Of a stretch of DNA of 30,540 nucleotides, positions 17,003-25,913 are shown piece by piece. Made by a program: the position numbers and the translations under genes. Positions within the stretch are counted from its first letter, which is position 1. Each line of letters opens with the position of its first letter. The notes under the pieces were generated by a model. The model was not told the DNA's origin, made no database searches, and was given only the letters and a program-made list of their open reading frames with translations. The stretch is from an uncultured Candidatus Saccharibacteria bacterium (lineage in GTDB: Bacteria > Patescibacteriota > Saccharimonadia > Saccharimonadales > JAUPVS01), in assembly GCA_964395925.1 (NCBI GenBank), contig CAYNBU010000003.1, positions 6,272 to 36,811 on the forward strand, in the 5' to 3' direction.

Positions 17003-18526
17003 ATGGCAACACTGAAAGAACTGCGCGACGAGCGCTTGCGAAAGCTTGATGAGCTTAAAGAACTGGGCGTTAACCCGTATCCGGCTGATTCGCATCGTAC
17101 CCACACCGTAAATGCTGTAACCGATGACTTCGACAAACTCGAAAACAAGGTAGTCACTATTACGGGGCGTGTTAAGTCGATCCGCAAGTTTGGCAAGCTC
17201 GCTTTTGTGGTCGTCGAAGACCAAACCGGAGCCGTGCAATTGTTCTGGCGTCATAACGATAGTGTTCAAGTCGACCATACCAACAGCGAAATCGGTTTAG
17301 GCGAACTCAATTTGTTAGATGCTGGCGACTTTGTTGAGGCAACCGGCCCGGTTATCAAAACGCAAACTGGCGAAATCTCGGTAGAGGTGCAGAGGGTACG
17401 CTTGCTAACTAAGAGCCTACGACCGCTGCCAACTGAGCAAGACGGGTTCACCAACAAAGAAGAACGTATGCGTCGCCGCTATGTCGACATGAATGTTAAC
17501 AAAGATGTATATGAGCGATATTTGCGACGTAGCACATTTTGGCAGGCAACTCGGGACTTCTTGCTTAAGGAGGGTTTTGTTGAGGTTAATGTTCCGGTGC
17601 TCGAAAATACCGCTGGTGGTGCTGATGCTAACCCGTTTGTGACACATATGGATGCCCTCGATCAAGATTTCTACCTGCGTATCAGCCAAGAACTCCCACT
17701 CAAACGGCTACTCGGTGCAGGCTACGAAAAAGTTTTCGATATTGGCCCACGCTTCCGTAACGAAAACTACAGTGACGAACATCTACCAGAGCATATTGCT
17801 ATGGAATGGTATTGGGCCTACGCCGATTGGGAAGACGGCATGGAATTAACCGAACGTATGGTTCGTGCTATCGCCGACAAAACCTGGGGTACTCGTAAAT
17901 TCAAGCTCATGAACGGCCAAGAGGTTGATCTTGGTAAGGATGGCGAAGCGTTCCCACGTGTTAGTTTTGTGCAGACTGTTAAAGACAATTACGGCATTGA
18001 TATATTCGACTGCACACTCGAACAGGCACAGACTGAACTCAAAAAAGCTGGGCTCGAAGTTGAAAAACACGACAATATCGGCCGTGTTATCGATAAACTC
18101 TGGAAGAAGATTCGCGTGACGCTCCCTGGCCCTGCATTCTTGATTGACATTCCTGTATTCTTGCAGCCACTTGCTAAGGCAAGCCGCAAAGATCCGCGTC
18201 TTACAGAACAATTTAACTTGCTTCTTGGCGGTACCGAAGCGTGTAAAGCTTATTCAGAGCTTAATGACCCAGTCGATCAGCTTGGGCGTTTTACCGAACA
18301 ACAGGCTTTGCGTGACGCAGGTGACGACGAAGCCCAGATGCTCGATATCGACTTTGTAGAAATGCTCGAATACGGCATGCCGCCAGCCTGTGGCCTGGGC
18401 TATACCGAACGCTTATTCTGGGTGCTCGAAGGCGTAACCGCCCGCGAAGGCGTGCCATTCCCGCAGCTCCGCCGCGAAGTTGACCAAGTCACAAAAACCA
18501 TTTATCCCGAAATTAAATTCGATTAG
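17003..18526 (+). CDS. lysS: Lysine--tRNA ligase (class II)
   Basis: OB-fold (GRV..IR.FGKL.F), GGADANPFVTH, YLRISQEL.LKRL, FRNE, YSELNDP and LEYGMPP..GLG. Confidence 0.97.
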   Translation: MATLKELRDERLRKLDELKELGVNPYPADSHRTHTVNAVTDDFDKLENKVVTITGRVKSIRKFGKLAFVVVEDQTGAVQLFWRHNDSVQVDHTNSEIGLGELNLLDAGDFVEATGPVIKTQTGEISVEVQRVRLLTKSLRPLPTEQDGFTNKEERMRRRYVDMNVNKDVYERYLRRSTFWQATRDFLLKEGFVEVNVPVLENTAGGADANPFVTHMDALDQDFYLRISQELPLKRLLGAGYEKVFDIGPRFRNENYSDEHLPEHIAMEWYWAYADWEDGMELTERMVRAIADKTWGTRKFKLMNGQEVDLGKDGEAFPRVSFVQTVKDNYGIDIFDCTLEQAQTELKKAGLEVEKHDNIGRVIDKLWKKIRVTLPGPAFLIDIPVFLQPLAKASRKDPRLTEQFNLLLGGTEACKAYSELNDPVDQLGRFTEQQALRDAGDDEAQMLDIDFVEMLEYGMPPACGLGYTERLFWVLEGVTAREGVPFPQLRREVDQVTKTIYPEIKFD

Positions 18527-18529
18527 ATT

Positions 18530-18985
18530 ATGACAAAAACAGCCCCAATTGTCGTGATATGCTCCAGCGCAGCATTCTACAAACATGTCTGCGAGCTTGC
18601 AGATCAGCTTGAGGCTCAGGGCTTTACCGTCGTTATTCCAGCTACGGCGCGCAAAATGCAGGCCAGCAATAACTTTGACGTATCTGCTAACAAAACCTGG
18701 TACAAAAATCCGGCCGACTTTACCAAAAAGCAACAACTCATGGATGGACACTTCGCCGAAATCGCCGCGGGCGATGCGATCTTGGTAGTGAACGACAAAA
18801 AGCACGGCGTAGAAGGTTACATTGGCCCGAACGTACTCATGGAAATGGCGATTGCATACTATCTAAAGAAGCCAATCTACATATTGCACAATGTCGCATC
18901 CGAAGTAAGCGTGTACGAAGAGGTGATGGGTATGCAAGCCACACAACTGAGCAGCAACATACAGAACCTGGAGCTCAAAAAATGA
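18530..18985 (+). CDS. Nucleoside 2-deoxyribosyltransferase-like (NDT/TIR-like fold) protein
   Basis: N-terminal ICSS strand, GDAILVVN, and G.N.LMEMAIAYYLKKPIY resembling the NDT G...E.G.A....KP motif. Fold-level call only. Confidence 0.6.
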   Translation: MTKTAPIVVICSSAAFYKHVCELADQLEAQGFTVVIPATARKMQASNNFDVSANKTWYKNPADFTKKQQLMDGHFAEIAAGDAILVVNDKKHGVEGYIGPNVLMEMAIAYYLKKPIYILHNVASEVSVYEEVMGMQATQLSSNIQNLELKK

Positions 18986-19350
18986 CCATGCCCACCGACG
19001 AAGAATTCGACGTCATAATGAGCAAAGCGCTCGACAGCTTGCCCCAAAAGTACACCTCACGCATGACGAACGTTGCCATTATTTACGCCGACGAACCAAG
19101 CCAAGAACAACGCGAAGAACTCAAACTCCGCGACAACCAAACCTTGTTTGGATTGTACCAAGGCGTTCCGTTACCAGCCCGCGGCGGGCGAGAACCGCTC
19201 TTTCCCGACAAAATTACTATTTTTAAAGTACCGCTCACCATGGCCAGCAGCACGCCCGAAGAGCTGCAGAAAAACGTCCGGCACACGCTGTGGCACGAAA
19301 TGGCGCACTACTTTGGCCTCGACCACAAACGCATCCACGAACTCGAATAG
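18982..19350 (+). CDS. Minimal zincin-like metallopeptidase (Zincin_1/DUF1025 type)
   Basis: LFGLYQGVP, PDKITIF and HEMAHYFG (HExxH). ATGA overlap with the upstream gene. Confidence 0.85.
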   Translation: MTMPTDEEFDVIMSKALDSLPQKYTSRMTNVAIIYADEPSQEQREELKLRDNQTLFGLYQGVPLPARGGREPLFPDKITIFKVPLTMASSTPEELQKNVRHTLWHEMAHYFGLDHKRIHELE

Positions 19351-19424
19351 GGTGCTTGTGCTTGCATTCGCCAGACTTTTGGGGCATTATGAGCCTATAG
19401 AGACCAAATTAAGGAGGGAACTAC

Positions 19425-19973
19425 ATGGCAAAAAATAATGATAACCTCGCCGTCGCTTGGTGGGCACTGACACTTCGTGGTATCGCCGCGATTTTGTTCG
19501 GTATCGCCGCAGTGTTTTGGCCAGGCCTAACACTCGTAACATTGGTATATCTGCTCAGCGCATTTGTACTGGTTGCTGGTGTTATTAATGTTGTACAAGG
19601 TGCTGTTTCAATTGGCAAGCACCGCTCATGGGCTCTTACTTTGGTATTGGGCTTAGCAGAAGTCGGTGTTGGTTTGTACTTGGTACGTCACCCGAACGTT
19701 ACGTTCAGCGTGTTTATTTTGGTAATCGGCTTGCTCTTTGTAGCGCGCGGTATTATCGAAGTAGTTGCAGCGCTTGCGAACGACTTGGGTTCAGCAACAT
19801 CACGCACGCTAACCGTAATCGCTGGTATCGTAGCTTTCTTGGTTGGTATCATCTTGCTCTTCCAACCAGAAGCTGGTGGTATCGCTTTCGTCTGGATCCT
19901 TGGCTTATACGCCTTGGTCACCGGGCCATTGCTGATCGCACTTTCACTTGATGTGAAGTCGACTCTCGAGTAA
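19425..19973 (+). CDS. HdeD/DUF308 family membrane protein
   Basis: WWALTLRGIAAILFGI.A..WP, six TM segments in a 2x3 repeat. SD AAGGAGG. Confidence 0.85.
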   Translation: MAKNNDNLAVAWWALTLRGIAAILFGIAAVFWPGLTLVTLVYLLSAFVLVAGVINVVQGAVSIGKHRSWALTLVLGLAEVGVGLYLVRHPNVTFSVFILVIGLLFVARGIIEVVAALANDLGSATSRTLTVIAGIVAFLVGIILLFQPEAGGIAFVWILGLYALVTGPLLIALSLDVKSTLE

Positions 19974-20016
19974 AAACTACAAACTATTAGCAGTTCCGGT
20001 CTCTAAAACCAAAACT

Positions 20017-20048
20017 AACCAGCCGCCAAACGAAGCGGCTGGTTTTTT
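20017..20048 (+). terminator. Intrinsic terminator after hdeD
   Basis: 10-bp stem AACCAGCCGC/GCGGCTGGTT with an 8-nt loop and T-run. A-rich 5' flank, so possibly bidirectional. Confidence 0.85.
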
Positions 20049-20088
20049 GTTTGCCGACATGTCCGGCGACTTATGGTACAGTGGGTGC

Positions 20089-20877
20089 ATGGCTAAAAAA
20101 TCTAAAATCACTTTCGAGAGTTTGAACAAATGGAACCTGGTGCTGGCAGCTTTGCACTTCGTGCAAGGTATTGCAGTACTGATCTTAAGCACTAATAATA
20201 GTTTGCCCGTTAACACCAGCTTCTTGTCGCTTGACACATTAGCCTCACAGAGTGGCAACCCGGTTTTGGTAACGGCGAGTCGTCACTTGTTCGATGTAAA
20301 CTTGGCGTATCTTGTGGCGTTGTTCTTCTTTGTCTCGGCCGCAGCACACCTCATTATTGGCACCGTGTACCGCAAGACATACGAGGATAACCTGAAGAAG
20401 GGTATTAACAAGGCTCGCTGGTACGAATACAGCGTGAGCGCCAGTGTTATGATGGTTTCAATTGCGTTGCTCAGCGGTGTGTACGACCTTTCAACCTTGC
20501 TCGCGATCTTCGCACTCGACTTCGTCATGAACATGATGGGCTTAGTCATGGAGGTATGGAACCAGAAGAACGGCAAAACAACCTGGCTCAGCTACGTTAT
20601 TGGCTGCGTGGCCGGCATTGTGCCATGGATCATCTTCGCTATTTACGTATTTGGTGCAAGCGTATACGGCAGCGGCCAGATCCCAACCTTCGTATATTGG
20701 ATCTACGCCAGCATGTTCGTATTCTTCAGCAGCTTCGCGCTCAACATGTTTTTGCAGTACAAGAAAGTCGGCAAGTGGGCAGACTACTTGTACGGCGAAC
20801 GCATGTATATGATCCTGAGCTTAGTGGCCAAGTCGGCACTGGCGTGGCAGATCTTCTTTGGCAGCCTTCGCCCGTAA
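20089..20877 (+). CDS. Heliorhodopsin (HeR)
   Basis: Seven TM helices. LHFVQ (H23/Q26), SAAAH, RWYEYSVSAS (Arg, counterion Glu, Ser), MNMMGLVME and GERMYMILSLVAK (retinal-binding Lys). Start placed at ATG 20089, which gives H23 as in HeR 48C12 and follows extended -10 TGg-TACAGT (20074-82) by 6 nt. Confidence 0.93.
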   Translation: MAKKSKITFESLNKWNLVLAALHFVQGIAVLILSTNNSLPVNTSFLSLDTLASQSGNPVLVTASRHLFDVNLAYLVALFFFVSAAAHLIIGTVYRKTYEDNLKKGINKARWYEYSVSASVMMVSIALLSGVYDLSTLLAIFALDFVMNMMGLVMEVWNQKNGKTTWLSYVIGCVAGIVPWIIFAIYVFGASVYGSGQIPTFVYWIYASMFVFFSSFALNMFLQYKKVGKWADYLYGERMYMILSLVAKSALAWQIFFGSLRP

Positions 20878-20891
20878 CCAATAAATTCTAG

Positions 20892-20920
20892 TTGTAAAAG
20901 ATAAGCATTACCGGTATATT
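20892..20920 (+). promoter_or_regulatory. Promoter of the trypsin-like protease gene
   Basis: TTGTAA (20892-97)-N17-TATATT (20915-20). Confidence 0.6.
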
Positions 20921-20949
20921 TGGGGTATTACTACGTGAGCGGGAAAATA

Positions 20950-23313
20950 ATGACAAAACCGGTAAAAAAAGCGCACCCCAAAAAGGGCGGGCATAAGAAG
21001 ATCCCTATCCACCCGCGGCACGCAAAACCGTATCGCAAACGCCATTACGGTTTGCTTATTATCTCGGTCGTAGCACTGCTGGTGTTGTTCGGTTTGCTCG
21101 TACAGTTCCGATACAAAGTTGACAGCGGTATACGGAGTGCCCGTAACTTTATTGCCGACAGCTTACGTACCGACGAAGAAAACGAAGCAGTCGTTAATTC
21201 AAGCTACGGGTTTAGCTTTACCTATGATCCTAAGCTCTTCTATGTCAGCGCCGTTGACGGTTCGACAGGCGAGCTCTACACCAGCGAAGACCTGCAGATT
21301 TCTCGCCCATACCAAACACTTCGGCTCTCTTCTACTTCGGTGAATGCCACCGATGCCCAAAGCGGACTTACCATTGACTACGTACTTGCGGTAAATGTTT
21401 CGGATCCAAGCCAACTTGAAGCTACAGAAAAACAGCTCGTGGTCGATAAACAGAATGCAGATTCAACGCTTACCAAAATAGACTCACAAATGGTGACCAT
21501 TGGCGGTAAGCAATTCTTAAAGACAACGTGGAAACAGCAACCCAAAGACGCCATAGTTTCGCGCTTTACTAATGAATTCACTACTTACATAACTGCTGTA
21601 AACGGCAAGGCATTGATTATTAAAGCAAGTTACGGTGTCGATGGCCAGCCAACGGACGTCTTTAACGACACGATTACCTCGTTTACTTTTGGGCAGAGTG
21701 CTCGAGTTCCGTCTGTTTCTTCTGCTGAGGTCGCAGCTAAAGTAGAAGCCTCGCGCTCTATACTCGATTCGCTCCTTGGCACCCAACTTGCACAAGCTGC
21801 TACGCAGGGGCAATCTGCCGAGCAAACGAGTGCATTGTATGCACCTGCAGTAGTTAAAGTATTCAACGTGTTCTGTATGGATATCCAGATCGACAAAAAA
21901 CCATACCTCAATGGTGCTTGTAGCGGTGCGAGCGGGTCAGGCTTCTTTATTAGTAGTAACGGTTATATTGCAACCAACGGGCATGTCGTAAACGCAAATC
22001 CCAAAGATATTGTAATTTATGATGCACTGAGCTATATGCTAAAAGGTAACTCGCAGTACTTTAAAGTCCTGGTGGCTCTGTCTGGCCTGAGCGATAGTGA
22101 CTTGGCAACCGCGAAGACGCAAGATGAAGCGCTCGACATGGCGGTTGATAAGTTCTATCAAATCCCTGATTCTCGGTTCACTACGGTTAACGGCGTTCAC
22201 AACCTGCTTGTTGACCTGAATGACAAGCAGCCCGACACCAAAGAGCTCATCAACCTCACTAACGCGCGTAAAGAGTACCCAGCAAGCGACAATATAAAGC
22301 GTGCTAAGATTGTGGCGCAAGATTATCGTATGCTCGATGGCATTACGCAGTTCCATAACTCAGACGTGGCAATCATCAAGATCGACGGCAACGATTATCC
22401 CGTTGCAAAACTCGGGAATATTAGCGAAGCAGGGCAGGGGACAAACTTGGCGGTGCTTGGGTTCCCCGGTATAGCTGGCAATAACGGTTTGATTGACTCG
22501 AGCCAAAGTAAAGTGACACTTACCACGGGTAAAGTTTCGGCGGTTAAGAATGCGGCCGGAAGTGATAAAAAGCTCATCGAAACGGACGCCACAATTGGTC
22601 ATGGTAACAGCGGCGGGCCAGTATTTTCGGAAGCAGGTAATGTCGTAGGAATCGCTACCTATACCGCAGACGGCGGCGGCTCTGGTAATGGAACGTTTAA
22701 TTATATTCGCGACATTCAAGACATTAAGGACCTTGCCGCAGAGTCGGGCATTCGGCTTGATGCCGCAAGCCCCACCCAAAGCGAGTGGCAAAAGGCGATT
22801 GCCTTGTTCTACAATGCACGGTACTCAAAGGCCCTAAAGAGTTTTAGTATGGTGCAGGATCTCTACCCGCAACATCCGACAGCAGCCGATTTTATCGCTA
22901 ATTCTCAGCAGAAAATTGCAAATGGTGAAGACGTGAAAGACTTTCCGGTGGCTATCGTACTTATTGCGGGTATTGTCGTGGCCTTCATTGGAGCAGGAGT
23001 TGCAGCTTTCTTGATTATCCGTCATCACGGCAAACATCAGCTCTATAAGGTTGCTTCTGGCCAGGCTGTTGCTGCCCCCGCCGGGTTTGGTAACCTTACT
23101 GATAGTGTGACTATTCCAGCAATCTCCCAGGGTGCCGAAGGACCTGCGCCACAGCAAGCCGCCCCAGCACCTTCGGTGGCTCCTGCCGAGCCTACACCAC
23201 CAGTCGAGCCTACGCCAGCGCCGCCCCAGCCGCCCGTTTATCGCCAGCCACAGACTCCTCAGCAATCACTGACGCCTCCTACAGAGCAACCCCCAACACC
23301 ACCTGCAGCCTAA
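20950..23313 (+). CDS. Membrane-anchored trypsin-like (S1) serine protease, no PDZ
   Basis: GSGFFI, TNGHVV (His), DVAIIKI (Asp) and GHGNSGGP (Ser). N-terminal basic tail plus TM, C-terminal TPR-like helices, second TM and Pro/Gln-rich tail. Start placed at ATG 20950. Confidence 0.85.
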   Translation: MTKPVKKAHPKKGGHKKIPIHPRHAKPYRKRHYGLLIISVVALLVLFGLLVQFRYKVDSGIRSARNFIADSLRTDEENEAVVNSSYGFSFTYDPKLFYVSAVDGSTGELYTSEDLQISRPYQTLRLSSTSVNATDAQSGLTIDYVLAVNVSDPSQLEATEKQLVVDKQNADSTLTKIDSQMVTIGGKQFLKTTWKQQPKDAIVSRFTNEFTTYITAVNGKALIIKASYGVDGQPTDVFNDTITSFTFGQSARVPSVSSAEVAAKVEASRSILDSLLGTQLAQAATQGQSAEQTSALYAPAVVKVFNVFCMDIQIDKKPYLNGACSGASGSGFFISSNGYIATNGHVVNANPKDIVIYDALSYMLKGNSQYFKVLVALSGLSDSDLATAKTQDEALDMAVDKFYQIPDSRFTTVNGVHNLLVDLNDKQPDTKELINLTNARKEYPASDNIKRAKIVAQDYRMLDGITQFHNSDVAIIKIDGNDYPVAKLGNISEAGQGTNLAVLGFPGIAGNNGLIDSSQSKVTLTTGKVSAVKNAAGSDKKLIETDATIGHGNSGGPVFSEAGNVVGIATYTADGGGSGNGTFNYIRDIQDIKDLAAESGIRLDAASPTQSEWQKAIALFYNARYSKALKSFSMVQDLYPQHPTAADFIANSQQKIANGEDVKDFPVAIVLIAGIVVAFIGAGVAAFLIIRHHGKHQLYKVASGQAVAAPAGFGNLTDSVTIPAISQGAEGPAPQQAAPAPSVAPAEPTPPVEPTPAPPQPPVYRQPQTPQQSLTPPTEQPPTPPAA

Positions 23314-23338
23314 GCACTTTTCCTGTAGAATATAGGCA

Positions 23339-23974
23339 ATGAGGCATATCATTTTTGATTTCGATGGTACGTTGGCAGACAGTTTGCCCGTGGTTATTCG
23401 TATTGCACAAGAACTTGTACCCGACGTAGACCTCAGTGAAAAAGAGGTTGCTATGCTGCGCAATATGTCAGCCCGCGACATTATTAAGTACAGTGGCATA
23501 CCGTATTGGCGGCTGCTCCGGCTTATCATAAAAGGTAAGCGGCTACTGGGGCAGCGTCTTGACGAGCTTACAGTATTTCCTGGTATTCCAGAGGTGCTGA
23601 AGGGTCTTCATAAGCAAGGTTACCAAATTTCGGTAGTGAGTTCGAATACCGAAGCAACTATTAACAAGGTGTTGAAGCGTGAAAAAATCGATAGCTATGT
23701 ATCGGGGGTGTATGGCAATCTTGGCCTGTTCAATAAGGCTCGAGCTTTTAAAACAGTATTGCGTGACCAAAAGGCCAGCCCGCGTGATGCAGTATATGTT
23801 GGTGACGAAGTGCGTGATATCGAAGCTGCCAAACGTGGAGGGATTCCTATAATTTCGGTAACCTGGGGATATAACGGCGAAGCAATTCTTAAAAAATATC
23901 ATCCAACGTATATGGCTCATACGCCGCAACAATTGCTTAAAATTATTCAGGAGCATGAGCAGGGCGGCGCATGA
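23339..23974 (+). CDS. HAD-superfamily phosphatase (phosphoglycolate phosphatase-like)
   Basis: Motif I FDFDGTLADS, motif II SSN, motif III K and motif IV VGDEVRDI. Confidence 0.9.
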   Translation: MRHIIFDFDGTLADSLPVVIRIAQELVPDVDLSEKEVAMLRNMSARDIIKYSGIPYWRLLRLIIKGKRLLGQRLDELTVFPGIPEVLKGLHKQGYQISVVSSNTEATINKVLKREKIDSYVSGVYGNLGLFNKARAFKTVLRDQKASPRDAVYVGDEVRDIEAAKRGGIPIISVTWGYNGEAILKKYHPTYMAHTPQQLLKIIQEHEQGGA

Positions 23975-24660
23975 GGCTTCATCGTTTTTATATCGGCTCA
24001 AGCCCCGCGCTCGAGCACTATATCGAAGTAACCGACTCGCAGGTACTCAACCAATGGCAACGGGTGCTCCGGTATCGGCCTGGCCAGCAGGTGATTTTAT
24101 TTGACGACCAACAGCACGAACGCCTCTACGGCATTACCGAACTTGCTAAAAAATCAGCCAAGCTCGAGCTCATAACTAATTTAGAGGCAAAAGTCCCTGA
24201 TCGCGAAGTGTACCTGTTCTGGAGTTTGCTCAAAAAAGATAAAAATGACTGGGTGTTGCAAAAGTGTACCGAACTTGGCGTGAGCCATTTTGTGCCAATT
24301 TTGGCGGAGCGTTCCGAAAAGACTGGGTTCAATGTTGAACGGGCTCAAAAAATAGTGATCGAAGCAGCAGAGCAGTGCGGGCGCGCCGACATTCCTACGG
24401 TACATGAGCCGTTGCTGCTGCAGGCAGCAGTACATGAATATGCGCCAAAAGTACCATTGTTTGTATGTGAGCAACACGAATTAACAAAGCAAAAGAAGCC
24501 CAACTACAAAGAGGCCGGCGTGTTGATTGGCCCCGAAGGCGGCTGGAGCGACGCCGAGAAACAGCTCTTCATGACTCAAGAAGTTGGTAAATTACACCTT
24601 GGCGACTTCACATTACGGGCCGAAACAGCCTGTGTTATTGCCGCGCATCAGCTCTTGTAA
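23971..24660 (+). CDS. rsmE: 16S rRNA m3U1498 methyltransferase
   Basis: RVLR, QKCTELGV, EAAEQCGR, IGPEGGWS and LRAETA SPOUT motifs. Confidence 0.95.
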   Translation: MRLHRFYIGSSPALEHYIEVTDSQVLNQWQRVLRYRPGQQVILFDDQQHERLYGITELAKKSAKLELITNLEAKVPDREVYLFWSLLKKDKNDWVLQKCTELGVSHFVPILAERSEKTGFNVERAQKIVIEAAEQCGRADIPTVHEPLLLQAAVHEYAPKVPLFVCEQHELTKQKKPNYKEAGVLIGPEGGWSDAEKQLFMTQEVGKLHLGDFTLRAETACVIAAHQLL

Positions 24661-24690
24661 AAATAACGCTTTTGCTTTATAATAGTAAAA

Positions 24691-25122
24691 ATGGGTTTTA
24701 AGACCGAACTGCAAGCCGAAATTGCTTTTATGGCCCAAGTTGCCAATATACATAAGCCGACTCAGGAGCTCGTGCCACCTGCAGAACCGCCGTATACTGA
24801 GCTTGATTTTGATCTGCCTGAATTTGCGGTGCAGAAGCGCCTCAACGACGGTGATGTAGAAGCGGCGTTTACGGCTGCTTATGAACTTGATCCAACCTAT
24901 GCGTCAGTTAATCACGTGCTTACCGTGTTGTATCCGCATGATTCTACCAAGGCGCTCGAAGCCGCGCATTTCTTGGCCGGTAGTATTCCTGCACCCATAC
25001 AAATAGAAGACCCGGTGTATCAATCAACGGTGTACGAACTGATCAAAATGGCTCACGAGGCGTACCAAATACGCGAACAAAACGCGTTAACTATAGGTCA
25101 GATTGCTCTCGACCAGGTATAA
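24691..25122 (+). CDS. Hypothetical acidic, helical protein
   Basis: 143-aa ORF filling the gap. TATAAT (24678-83) lies 7 nt before the ATG. No family recognised. Confidence 0.65.
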   Translation: MGFKTELQAEIAFMAQVANIHKPTQELVPPAEPPYTELDFDLPEFAVQKRLNDGDVEAAFTAAYELDPTYASVNHVLTVLYPHDSTKALEAAHFLAGSIPAPIQIEDPVYQSTVYELIKMAHEAYQIREQNALTIGQIALDQV

Positions 25123-25133
25123 TACCTGCTAGC

Positions 25134-25913
25134 ATGGCAGGGAACTATTGGCGGGAACGATCGCAACCATACAAACCGGGGCAAACAACACCCTTTAAGG
25201 TCAGTCGTAGCAAGATTGAGCTGTTTAAGCAGTGCCCGCGCTGTTTCTGGCTCGATGTACGGCTCAAAATTAAGCGCCCCAGCAGCCCGCCGTTTAACAT
25301 CAATAAAGCCATCGACGAACTGTTTAAAAAAGAATTCGACCGCTATCGTGCCGAGGCCAAGCCGCACCCGCTGATGGTCGAAAACAGCATCAAGGCAATC
25401 CCGTATACGCATGACGATCTGGAGACCTGGCGCCATAACTTTACCGGTGTAACCACATTGCATAAGCCAACGAACCTGCATGTTTTTGGCGCCATCGACG
25501 ATGTATGGGTCAACGACGACCACGAGCTGATCGTGGTAGATTACAAAGCTACCGCCAAAGACAAAGAAGTGAACATCGACTCTGACTGGCAGATCAGCTA
25601 CAAGCGCCAGCTGGAGGTCTATCAATGGCTGTTACGCCAAAATGGGTTTGCCGTGAACGACACCGGCTACTTTGTGTACACCAACGGTCGCATCGATCTT
25701 GATGGTTTTAACGACCGGGTCGAATTCCGCACCAAAGTCATTCCGTACACCGGCAGCGACGCCTGGATCGAGCAAACGTTACTCGATATGAAAGCTTGCA
25801 TGGAAGGCGACATGCCCGCCATCGGCACGGCGGCTATGGGCGGCCCGTGCGACTTCTGCACCTACGCTCGGTCGCGTACCGAACTTACGCTGGCGGCTAT
25901 TAAACGTAAGTAA
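25134..25913 (+). CDS. PD-(D/E)XK nuclease, Cas4/AddB-like with four Cys
   Basis: SRSKIELFKQCPRCFW, GAIDD...VVDYK (D..DxK), QLEVYQWLL (QxxxY) and C-terminal PCDFC. Confidence 0.85.
   Translation: MAGNYWRERSQPYKPGQTTPFKVSRSKIELFKQCPRCFWLDVRLKIKRPSSPPFNINKAIDELFKKEFDRYRAEAKPHPLMVENSIKAIPYTHDDLETWRHNFTGVTTLHKPTNLHVFGAIDDVWVNDDHELIVVDYKATAKDKEVNIDSDWQISYKRQLEVYQWLLRQNGFAVNDTGYFVYTNGRIDLDGFNDRVEFRTKVIPYTGSDAWIEQTLLDMKACMEGDMPAIGTAAMGGPCDFCTYARSRTELTLAAIKRK

Noticed and set aside
20089-23313. Heliorhodopsin and protease as one light-controlled operon
   Set aside because: No terminator separates them, but the protease has its own TTGTAA-N17-TATATT promoter. Adjacency alone is not evidence of a functional link.
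25134-25913. CRISPR-Cas locus around the Cas4-like nuclease
   Set aside because: No repeat-spacer array and no other cas genes were seen in the window.
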